A stretch of 64,000 nucleotides of DNA. Source: Eledone cirrhosa (lineage: Eukaryota). The notes below the pieces were generated by a model. That model was not told the origin of the DNA and made no database searches. It was given only the letters and a program-made list of their open reading frames with translations. The stretch covers positions 58,528,001 through 58,592,000 of the forward strand of contig OZ024745.1 of NCBI GenBank assembly GCA_964016885.1. Direction: 5' to 3'. Of this stretch, positions 43,101 to 55,407 are shown piece after piece. Positions within the stretch are counted from its first letter, which is position 1. Each line of letters begins with the position of its first letter. The translations under genes were made by a program, and so were the position numbers.

Positions 43101-46100
43101 CAAACAAAAATACCCCTTTTTTGTAAAGAGAGAGAAAACATGATTTAATTCAAATTCAGTAAGATGTACATGAAATCTATAAACACACACATATAACCAC
43201 TAATAGAAATTTCATCAGGGGGTTTAAAGTTTCTTTCAAAACAACTTCCCATAATCTGAATACTAGTCTTTAATGTATGTAAACATATTCTAAGACCACA
43301 GGAAATTCCACAGCCTAGGTACAGTATAATGTACTTCCTGCATCCCCCCCCCCCCCATTTTAGGTCCAGTATATCATGGCACAACTCTAAATATAGCAAA
43401 ATATGACAGTTATCAAAACAATGAATGTAAGATTAAGAGTGGAAATAGCTGGGCGATGATAATTGTAATAAAAGATAATGGTGGTGGTGATGGTTGACAT
43501 AGAAGAAGTCAATATGCATTAAAGTTAGTACATTCCTGGGTGTCAGTATTTGTTTAACTCTTAACATCCTGTAATGATTTAGTAGAAAATATCTAAAAAT
43601 AGGTTTGTTAATTTAAATGTTTATAGTATCTTTACTAGTGGACAGATTGTTGTGAACATTTACAGTAAACTAATATTAAACACTTTACAATGTGTATTGA
43701 ATGCATTTTATCATGGCACCAGTTTGTTGCTTGGTTTTGTTTTTATAGTTTTTGGGGTTTTTTTCTTTCATATTTGCATCAATATTTGTAATGTTATTTA
43801 TACAACTGTGAATTGATTTCTTAAAAATAAAATAGCTTATTGATATAAACATTATCGACCATTTTACAATGTACTATATATATTTTGAACTGACGTTTTG
43901 TAGGTCCAGTCAATATGTCACATGCTGGTTTTTCATGTATTTTTGTGGAAAAATGATGCAACTTATGCATGAGTATATATGGTATATTCATACACTTCAT
44001 ATACAAATGAAATATATTTATATTCAGTACTGGAGCTGTTAAAATTTTGATTTAACCCTTTAGCATTTACATTACTCTATATATACTATTGTATTTTCAT
44101 GGTAAACACTTTATCACATAATTATCTAACATAATATCGAAGCTATGAGATTTTGATATTATTTATTTTGAGAACAATACCTTAATGTTGGATGAGCAGC
44201 CAGTTATGGCCGGTTTCAACAGAAAGAAGTGAGAGAATTGTGGCCGGATATGACCGGTTTAAATGCTAAAGGGTTAAAACAAAATTTAATTGAAAATTTC
44301 ATTTTCCTTTAAATAGAAAAAATATAAATTGTAGATTCTGAATCTCTGATGTTTAAAACAGAATTCTAAGGATTTTTTTTTTTTTTTTTGGAGGCGGGTA
44401 AGACAATAACAAAGTTAGAGAAGCTTAACTCTTTTGATACGAAACCATCCTGGATTTATGACCCAAATCTGCACATGTTAAAACCTTCCATCATAACTTT
44501 ATTTTAGACACGTTCTAAATACCAGCTTACTAATGGGAAAAAACTTAGTGATTTTGTGGAATTCATCAACATTTTTATCTACTAATATAATACCCAATGT
44601 GTTTTTGTCCATCACACACTAGAGATGACTGAGGAAGGAGAGGGGTGATGACAAACTACAGAAAGCAAAGTCCATCTGTCACACTCACTTTGTAGAGAGG
44701 GGGAGTGCCAAGCGAGATATGTACATAGAGAGAGAAAAGGGAATGCTGTGTGTTTTCAAGGTGACATACAGGGAGACGATGATGTCGGCTCTCATCATCT
44801 GTACATATATAAAGATGAAGTTTTCTGCATGTGTGTGTGTGGACAATTTTTAATGAGGGCTCATATATTCTAAACCAATCATGCAATTTCTTTGAAATTT
44901 TTTACAGAGCTTCTCCTTGCACAAAACCTGTACATGATCTACAAAGGTTTTCAAAAATCGATATTGGGGCCTTTGGAGACATTAAAAAAGTTTCGGTTAT
45001 TTGTGTGAATTTTCGTGATTAAGTAAGACAAGAGTTATCTTTTGTAATTCGGCTCATTCGGATTTTAATTGACATTGTATAATTTATCGTTTCAAGCTTG
45101 ATGTTCATACATTAAGTGATGTCATAACTTTTACAATATTATGCTTTGTACATAATAGTGTCTATTATTCACTTCACTTCTCTATTTCATGATGCGCTTT
45201 TACTGTTGTCAAAAAAGGCACCGAGCTCACATATTAATTATTTCGCTGGAATAATGCCTAAGGTTTTCATGTTTACATAAAGTACGTTTTTCTTCTATGT
45301 ATTCAAATTTACTTTGTTTAGTTTAATGAGCTACATCGAAGCTACTTGAACCGTCCAAAGTACGGGTAGTTTAGCTAGTTTTATATATAAATCAGTTTAT
45401 AGTATTATTTTATGAATTTTCAATGCTCAAACAAATCTCCCCAAAATTCAATTGCCTCTTGGGTGTTGATATTGACCACAACATAGTTGATTGACTAGTT
45501 GAATAGGAACTAAATCCCCCTCATTACATTTTTTTTTAAATGGAAGGGCATATTGGATAACACACTATGTCTGATTAAGAATAAAAAGAGCCTATGTTGA
45601 TAGTTAAAAAACGTAGGGTTAATCAAGGGCTCAGAAACAACAACTAAATGTAAGACAATGTTCTCTGGAAATAGTAAGTTATCTTTATTTATGTATGAAG
45701 CACTTAATTATACACAAACAATCACTCAACCTATTATACTGTTACAGCTTACACTTACACAGGTTTAACTGGCCTCCTATGAGAGTGCATCTTGTAGGAG
45801 GTTTCTTTGATGTTTTAATGATAGGGATCACAGTTGTCAACAAACAAGAATGTATGACATGGTTTTCAGATATGATGTGAAATGATTTTTACACACACAC
45901 ACACCATACATCAGTTCAATTTTATCAGATATAACATTTCACTGCTAATAGTATTAAGCAGGTGGAAGATTACAAGTATCTTGGCTCATATATCTCCTCC
46001 TCCAAAAAAGATTTTCTAACCAGGAAGGGTATGGCATGGTCAGCGTGCAATGACATGCACGCCATATGGACATCTCAACTTACCAACAAGCTAAAACTGG

Positions 46101-47060
46101 AAATATTCCAAGCAACCATTAAGCCCATATTACTTTATGGATCCAAAACTTGGACACTAGCATCACAACTTGAGAGGAGATTGGATGGCACATATACCCG
46201 CCGCTTAATGAGAGTGCAAAACCTATCCTGGAAACGACATCCCACCTTGTCTAAAATCTATGGCAAACTCCCTCGAGCCTCTGCCCTTCTAAAATCCCGG
46301 AGAGCTCAATTTGCTGGCCACTGTCACCGTGCCAGCAATGAAATCATATCCGCTCTCTTGCTCTGGAACCCTGACTCCAGCCTGACTAGGAGTAGGAAGC
46401 TGTCATTCCCTGACGTTATCTCTAGGGATACGGGAATCAGTAGACAGGACCTGGGGGCAGCGATGGGGGACAGGGAATTCTGGGGTATGAGAGTGAGATC
46501 CATCATCTCGACAGTAGTCGACAAATGATGATGATGATGATATATATCAAAGCTTATCACTGAATCATCAAATTAACTATACTACACAAGATCAAATAAG
46601 CACATAAATAATTTAGGTGGGGTGTACTAAATAGTATACACAATTCTCAATTAATTCATTGTCAGTTCATCACCACCTGCTCAAATTATTCAAATCCATG
46701 CCTCTCTTAGTTCACATTTTGTAATTATGTAAATTATACAGGCCCAGAAACATCATAACTCTTTATATATGTAAAACTCTATGTCGACTTATCAATGCAA
46801 ACATGGGAAGACTTTTGCTGAGGAGGTCTAATAAGACCAAAACATGTCTGCAGCTATCACCTTCACTGAAAACCAAGAAAGAATTTCCCTTCCTCAAGAC
46901 TGAAAATTGAAATTAATTTCATGGAATTACAGTAGATGAAAGCAGGTAGTCCTTGTATATACAACAAAAAGTATTTTAGGGTTATTTTCCTTACAGGGAT
47001 TAATATTGGTGGAGCTCATCCCTCTTCAGGGTTGAACACTGCCAATTTCTTCTTCTTCCT

Positions 47061-47149
<89 letters not shown>

Positions 47150-48164
47150 AATCAACATCAATACTAAACTGGTGGTTTATTTATTGACGTCAAAAATTGA
47201 ATTATCTTCCCCTTTCTTGAGTCTCTAACAACTGCTGCTAGTCTTTTGTTTTTTGTCAGAGGCACATTTAAATTGACACAAGGCCACACTTTTTGGAGAA
47301 AGTTATAAGTCAATTAAATTTAACCCAGTTTATCATTTTTGAACCCGCTCCCTCCAGTCCACTGTGTAGTCTTGTGCTGGTATTTAGAAATAATGTATTA
47401 AGGAGCAATTCAAAGTTATGAGACAATTTTTATAGTTTAATAGAACAAAATAAACAAAAAATAAAAACGATAAAACCTATGACCTAGAAATAAAAACGAT
47501 CTTGCTATGTATTTTATCGGAAGAGTAATTTGTAAAAGATTGCTGAAGCAACAGTCAAGACATTAATTCAAATTAACCAACTGCTATGAGGATTTTTGTT
47601 TACATATAACTGCTAGCTGAACTACATTCACTGCAATTAGAAATAGCAGAAAAATCTCTCTCAAATCACACTCTAATTTTTGTTATCAAACTTCCTGAAA
47701 CTCCCAATACAAGCCTGTTAATTTTAAAATGCTAATATTCATCTAAAAATCTTCCATTATAAGTTTATGTAAAAGCATCTGCCATCTTATACTCTAAATA
47801 CCAGCTTAATAAATAATAATTGTTTATTTTTGGCACAAAGCCAGCAAGTATCCCAATGCATTACTGCTGCTTTATTTTATCAACTCCACAAGGATGAAAG
47901 GCAAAGTTAACCTCAGATCGTAAAGGGGCGTAACTCTATGCAGCAAAGCATGGCATCCGACCCTCTACTGATACTGCCAATAGTTTCTGATTTAGGCACA
48001 AAGCCAACAATTATGTAGGAAGAGAAAGTAAATTATATTAACCCAGTAAGGATGAAAGGCAAAGTGAACCAAGGCGAGATTCGAACCCAAAACATAAAGG
48101 AATGTAACTATATGTCACAAAGCATGTTGTCCTCGCTCTACCAATACTGCCAATCCATCACCTT

Positions 48165-48198
<34 letters not shown>

Positions 48199-51100
48199 AA
48201 TTATTGTGTAAAGTGTTCAGGTGCACTACAACTCGTCAATATAGTACATAGAATAATACACAAATGCCAGGGAAGTACATGTTTGTATGTGTTAGCTGTA
48301 GTGTTGGCGGATCTCGGGAAGCATGGAGGCCTTAAAGGATGCAGTGTCTCGACAGCTAACAACTGATGCAGGTAGTTTGTTCCATGCTTCAGCAACTCTG
48401 AGCGTGAAAAAATGTTTCCGAAAGACCATGGGAACTGTGCTGTTTTCTTACTTTGTGGGCATGTCCACGTGTGTTAGACACATGGAAATCGAAAAGGCAC
48501 TCAGGGTTGTTGTTGGCAACATGGTTAACAATTTCGGTTAGGTTAACATAGCTGTATACAGCCTTAAATAGATATCTGGAGAGCGGCTGACAAAGGTCTT
48601 GCTGAGTGATGCTAAGACACCCTCGGCCCTCTTGACAATTTTAGAGACGTGCCTCGTCCAACGCAAATCGTTGCTGACCGTAATGCCCAGGTCACGTTCA
48701 CAGGAAGACTTCTTGATATTAGTGCTGTGGAGGGAGTATGTGGATGCTGGGTTTTTACTCCCAAAATGCATGGTGGTGCACTTGTCCACAGCTAGCTTGA
48801 GTTGCCAGTTTGAGATCCACTGTTGCATTGTGTCCAGGTCAGACTGCAAGCAGTTAAAAAGACACCCTCGGCCCTCTTGACAATTTTAGAGACGTGCCTC
48901 GTCCAACGCAAATCGTTGCTGACCGTAATGCCCAGGTCACGTTCACAGGAAGACTTCTTGATATTAGTGCTGTGGAGGGAGTATGTGGACGCTGGGTTTT
49001 TACTCCCAAAATGCATGGTGGTGCACTTGTCCACAATTTTGTTTACCAAGTCAGTTGCCAGGCGTCGGCGCTTCAATGAATCCATGCCCAGGGAAGCAAG
49101 GCGCTCAGAGTATGGTAGATGCCTGATGGAGGGTATTCGCTTGGTTGCACGTCTCTGAACAGTTTCCAGGCGGTCAATGTCCTGAGCAAGATAGGGGTTC
49201 CAGACTGGTGATGCAAATTCTAAGTGTGGTTGCACCATAGCTGTATACAGCCTTAAATAGATATCTGGAGAGCGGCTGACAAAGGTCTTGCTGAGTGATG
49301 CTAAGACACCCTCGGCCCTCTTGACAATTTTAGAGACGTGCCTCGTCCAACGCAAATCGTTGCTGACCGTAATGCCCAGGTCACGTTCACAGGAAGACTT
49401 CTTGATATTAGTGCTGTGGAGGGAGTATGTGGACGCTGGGTTTTTACTCCCAAAATGCATGGTGGTGCACTTGTCCACAGCTAGCTTGAGTTGCCAGTTT
49501 GAGATCCACTGTTGCATTGTGTCCAGGTCAGACTGCAAGCAAGATCTATAGTGTTCAGGATCTGTCCTTTTTATCTCAAGGTACAGCTTGATGTCGTCTG
49601 CGTACTTTAGTACTGTGGCATTCCTTAAGTTGGCATCTATGTCATTAATATATGCCACAAACAAAAGGGGGCCAAGAACAGATCCCTGAGGTACACCAGA
49701 TGACATCTCATATGGTGAGGAATGCTGTCCCAGAACCGTGACTACCTCTCTTCGACTGAGAATGAAGGACTTCAACCAGTTAAAAAGATCATCCTTCACA
49801 CCCATTGCAGAGAGTTTTGCCATAAGCCTTTTGTGTGGCACAGAATTGAAGGCCTTCGCAAAGTCAAGGTAAACAACATCCACCCATGAGCCGCCATCAG
49901 TGATCCGGGTGATGTCCTCAAGAAACTCTATAAGTTGATCACAGCAGCTGGAGTTGGGGATAAATCCAAATTGCGAGGGCCGGATAAGACTGTGAGAGCT
50001 CCAGAAGTTCCAAAGTGTTTCTCTGACACAGGATTCCATCAGTTTGGCGATGCAACTAGTAAGACTGACTGGACGATAGTTCACAGGTGATGTGCGGTCA
50101 CCCTTTTTGAACAGAGGAATTACACTGGCAGTTTTCCACTGTTCTGGAGTAGCACTGTTGTTCAGACAGAATTGGAAGAAGCGTGATAACTGGTGTAGAA
50201 GGAAGTACCCACCACGTTTAAGAAGCAGGTACGTAACACCATCAAGACCAGGAGAGGCATGGTTGCGTTTATTTTTTAGGTGACGTCGCAGCATTGCAGG
50301 TGTAAATTCCATGGTTGTAATAGAGTCCGGTGTCATAGGTGGTGGAGATGGTACATTCTGGTCTTCAATGGTGAAAATGCCTGCATAGCATTCAGCAATG
50401 AGCTCTGCGCATTCCTTGGGGTCGTCAGTAACCTGGCTTGTGTGGGGATTGCGAAGAGGACCAACTGGAGAGTGAGGCCTCTGCTTTGAGTGAACATACT
50501 TCCAGAACACCTTACTGTCAGGGCTGGTTGCTATGCGCTGCTCAAATTGAAGCACTGCCTTTTTTGTCACCTGTTTGAGGTGGTTGGACGATCTATTTCG
50601 CCTCTTCCTATTAATGTCTGATTTGTGAAGTTTGTACTCACGTTCAGCATTGCGCCGTTCTTTTCTGGCAAGACGGACTGCTGCAGTCATTAATGATAAT
50701 GATTTAATTTTCTTATTATAATGAGCAAGTTAGTTTTCTTGCCAACACCCTTCAAATACTTGGTTATTATAAGCAGTGTCTTTCATAAAGAATATGATAA
50801 AGAAAAGGTTTTTAAAAAAATCACACATTATATAGTGTAGTTTTAGATATAATTTGAACTTAAGATGGAATAGTTACAGCTGGCATACCTTTGATTCCTA
50901 TAGAGATCTACTCTGCAATATCCAGTATTGATTAATATAGAACCAATAATAATGCAGTTAGAGTTATGAGTGTGCTCTAATAAAGACAAAAGTTTCAGTA
51001 GCTCAGATTCAATTGCCAAGGTAGCTAGTTCATTTATTTCATTAAATGCTTTTAGGTAAGGCCTAGGCATGGTCATTGTTTGAATCGAATCTTACAGAAC

Positions 51101-54100
51101 GCCTTTTTATGGATACTGCTCTCATTAAAGTTCAAGCAATTTACGATTTATTACGCTAATGTGTGTATGAAAATCACATATAATAATTAGCTTAATATAA
51201 GGAGATAGTGCAGAAGTAGGAGGCTCTGAAAGTACAAATAAAGATTAAATGAATGACAGTAGAAGTAAAATGAAAGTCAGTGTCAGGATGAGGTGTTTAT
51301 GAGGTCATGCTTGATCAGATAAAAAAGCAGAGGTGAGGAGGGGGAATATGTGAGAATAACAATTAAAATGAGAGAGAGTTGGGGTAAGAAGTATAAGAAT
51401 GGTTGGAATGGCAGATTAAATCATACACTATAGTGATAAATATTACCGCAAAAAGAAATTCTATAATTAATACCCGATGACAGGTACACAAATATAAATG
51501 CCTCATTTTGTTATTGATTGTATGGAATAAATATTGTAGTCTTTTCTTTTTTCCTTTTTGCTGTGTTTCAGGGCAGGGCACACTTTACTTAAGGAAAACA
51601 ATGAGAAAGATATTTCCTGAGACCTAAGGTTTGTCTTCATCCAAATGGGAAATAAATTATGCCACTCTTACTTCAAACATTGTTTCAAATCAGCTAGCTC
51701 TTAAGGAAATGCATACCAGAATTTTCTGAGAAATGTACTAATGTAGAGCATTGCCACAAGCTTGGAAAGACGAAATGTTGAAGCAAGGGGCCTTTACTGC
51801 AGACTGGTTGACAATGAAGGCACTTTTGGTGAGGTGGGTAACAAAACCTGGATTTAGGGGTAGATTGCTCTTTCTTACATTTTGTAAATGTTTGTCATGC
51901 AATAAACAATAGTTCAACAAATCACTGTTTATTATTTTGCATATAGCTTAACTAAAGCTATAAATGGTGACCCTAAAGGAAAATAATAAATAAAACATAA
52001 TTCAGACTGAGATCGAAGACTTACGGAAGTTAGCGAGAGCAGTAGCCATTATCTACGGAGGTTATAATCAACAGCACGAGGTCGGCTCTAAGACATGGTG
52101 AGGTTACAGTGGAAGATTTGTTCTTTTATCACAATAAGTTTGAAGTAAGAGCTACCAGGTGTAAACACCCTGGTGGCCAGCAAACTCGATCAACTGCTCC
52201 TGTATGTTCATGATCGGATCTCCAGATGAAGATTCCTGACTCAGGAGCTGAAATCAGCATCATCACAGCATCCTCAAAGGACTTCTCTTACGGAGAGTGA
52301 GGTCAACCTTTGGCAGCTGCCAATGGTTCCACAATCAAGGTGTACAGACGCCACATTCTTTCCCTTCACACAGGCTCATAGGAACATTCATGGGCATTCA
52401 CTGTTGCTGATGTCAATGAGCCTATCATCGAAGCAGATTTCTTTCAGGCCCACTCACTGCTCGTCGATCTTCAGGGGAGATGACACGTTAACAGCAGCAC
52501 ATGTCTCTGTTTCTCTGGTAACATCTGCACATGCGGTACCTCAAATAGCAGTTTATTCTCAGACAACCAAGAACAAACTGTCGGACCTCCTTTTGAAGCA
52601 CCCGAATCTCACTTCCCCAACATTTTTCAAGCCCACAACTTGCCATGGAGTAAAACATCACATTCCAACCCCTGGCCCTCTAGTAAGTACACTGCCATGT
52701 ACACCATCTATCACCAAACTTGCCATTGTTAGGGCTGAGTTCAACTATGGAAGCTTTGGGCATAATTCGTCAATCAAACAGTCTCTGGTCATCACCTCTA
52801 CATGTGGCACCAAAACCCACCGAAGGTTGGCAACCTTGCAGGGATTATCATTGTATCAACATGTGTACTACACCTGACTGCTACCCCATTCCGCATATAC
52901 AGGACTTCTCAGCTCAGTTAGCCAGGAGCTTAATTTTTTAAAAAATCGACCTCATTCGAAGGTATCATCAAATACCTGTGCAAGATGACGACATTCCTAA
53001 AACTGCCATTATCACTCCTTTCCAGCTGTTAAAATTTTCCTACATACACCTAAAAAACGCAAGACAATCCTTTCAATGCTTGATGGAAACCGTATGCAAG
53101 AGTCTAGACTTTGTTTGTGTATACCTAGATGACATCTTTATTGCAAATCAAAATGTGGATCTACACAAGAAGCACTAGTGACTCTGTTTAATAGACTTAA
53201 ACAGTACTGTTTGGTAGTCAACTACACCAAGTGCGCCTTTGGTGTTAAAGAAATCAATTTTCTCAGACATCAGATCACAAGTACAGAGGCTACACCTAAC
53301 AAAGGGAAAGTTATGAGCAATAGACTCATGTCCTTATCCAAGACCATATTCACATATCTCCTTAACACCATAAATTAATTTATCTACTTATTTTTTGTTG
53401 TAATAGATACAATATTGGTATGGAATATGAACTATGACATGAAAGACTCAATATGGTATTGCACCTTTAACATTTAGACCAGTTTAAATGAACATATGAA
53501 TAAAGTCTACATCATGTATTGATGTACTTATATATCAGATTGACCCATCTTTCACATGTTCCGTATTTGGCATGGTTTCTATGGCTGGATGCTAATCTTT
53601 ACAGGGTGTACTGGGTATGTTTTTTCATGACATCACCAATGTGAAAGGACACAACACATCACCTGGTCCAGGAATCGAACTCACACCCTCACGATTGCAA
53701 GCCCAATGCTCTAACCACTGAGCCACGCACTTCACATACGTTACTTAAGATATGCATTGGTGCTATAACAGTTGAAAATCTAAACATATAGATAAGGACA
53801 TAAACAATGTTGAAAGTGTGAAGCATAATGATCATTCAAGCTAACACGTGTAATCTTTGAGGAGAACCTTGGATTAGTCAGAGTTTGATGCGGTGATGAT
53901 GATAATCTAACCCTTCCAGCATTTAACTATTTCTTTTATGGATGAACTGATGACATTATACCAGATCTAACATACCTAAACTTCCATGGGGTTTCAACAT
54001 TATTAAATCTTTTCGTATATCCTTAGATAAAAACGTTTTTGTATGTTTGTTTTTGTTTTTCTATTTTTACATCAGAGTGCTTAAGAAATTTTGTAACTGC

Positions 54101-55318
54101 TGTGGCAGCAAAAAGTCGTAACCAAGCCTATGTTACTTATATGGGTCATCAAGTGGAGGTTTGTTATTATTAATCGGCAACGCCATTGTCGTGTTGCAGT
54201 GTTTAAACAAAAACTCCTATCTGCACATGATGCATAATGTTCAAAAGTTTTATTCAGCTGAACTCACTTTAAAAAGATCCAGTCATGTGCAAAAAACATG
54301 CAAATAATATTAGCATAACTATGACTGTGTATTTATGTTTTTGTTTAGATCAATATTGGCCACGATAGAACAAGACCTATGATAAGGGAGGTTCCAGTCA
54401 TAACACTCCTGTCTTTGTTTTTCTTCAGACTCATCTTCCGTTTTTAAGACAATGGAGTGAGATTTGAGACAAATCTGCCTGTCACTTCTGGGAGGTCGAG
54501 CAACCACGTAAACGTAAAGAGACTTCGTTGACCCATGATTTACGCATACAAACCTATATATATATACTTTTATAAGCTGGTTGTAGATAAGATTCTGTAT
54601 ATATATATTTCAATTAACAAACACACATAAAAAATACTTAGTTTTTAAATGATTGTGTTTTGTTTTTTTTACATAATTCTTTAACTAGCGAAGTTGAGAT
54701 AGATTTTTTAAATTTTATTTCGAGAGACATATAAAGCCTGAAAAGAGGGAAAAATTCAGTTCCGAAACAACAAATAAGCAGGCAAGAAAACAGCTGTCGT
54801 TGTTGCTAGATATAACAGCCGTTATATTATACTAAAAATATAATACGGGAAATTCAAGAGAGAAGAGTTTTTATATCTTTTATTAGTTATCATCATATAA
54901 ACTTCCTAAAGCAAAGCATCTATGGCCGCTCGACTTGCTAAAATTAGAAGCTAAATCTCTCTCAACACACTCTACTGTCTTTAATAATAATAAAGAACAC
55001 ACATTAGATAATGAAGTCGTGAATATATTATGTAAGAAAAAAGACGAGATGGCCATGCCTAAAACCAAAGTTGATCTTGGGCTAAACAACAAAACACTAA
55101 TAACCGAATATCCTAAAAGTGTCCTAATTGAAAGCTAGAGGTGATGATGAGGAGGAGAAGGATTGACAGGTCTAGAGGAGGTGAAAGGAGACTGGGATAT
55201 GCATGGTTTCTTTCGTCTGAGTAGTAGTAATATTACGGAAATCGAATGAGTACAGTTCTACTGGAAGCTTACCTTCACTTCAACGACAGCCTCACAATAA
55301 AAAGAAAAACGGTTCACA

Positions 55319-55407
<89 letters not shown>

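Noticed and set aside
44620-44680. CTGAGGA...GAAA...GTC hammerhead-like string
   Set aside because: Stems II and III do not pair convincingly.
9551-50690. The larger LINE insertions are mostly sense to the host gene
   Set aside because: Too few copies for inference, and counter-examples exist (45962-46540, about 34990-35180).
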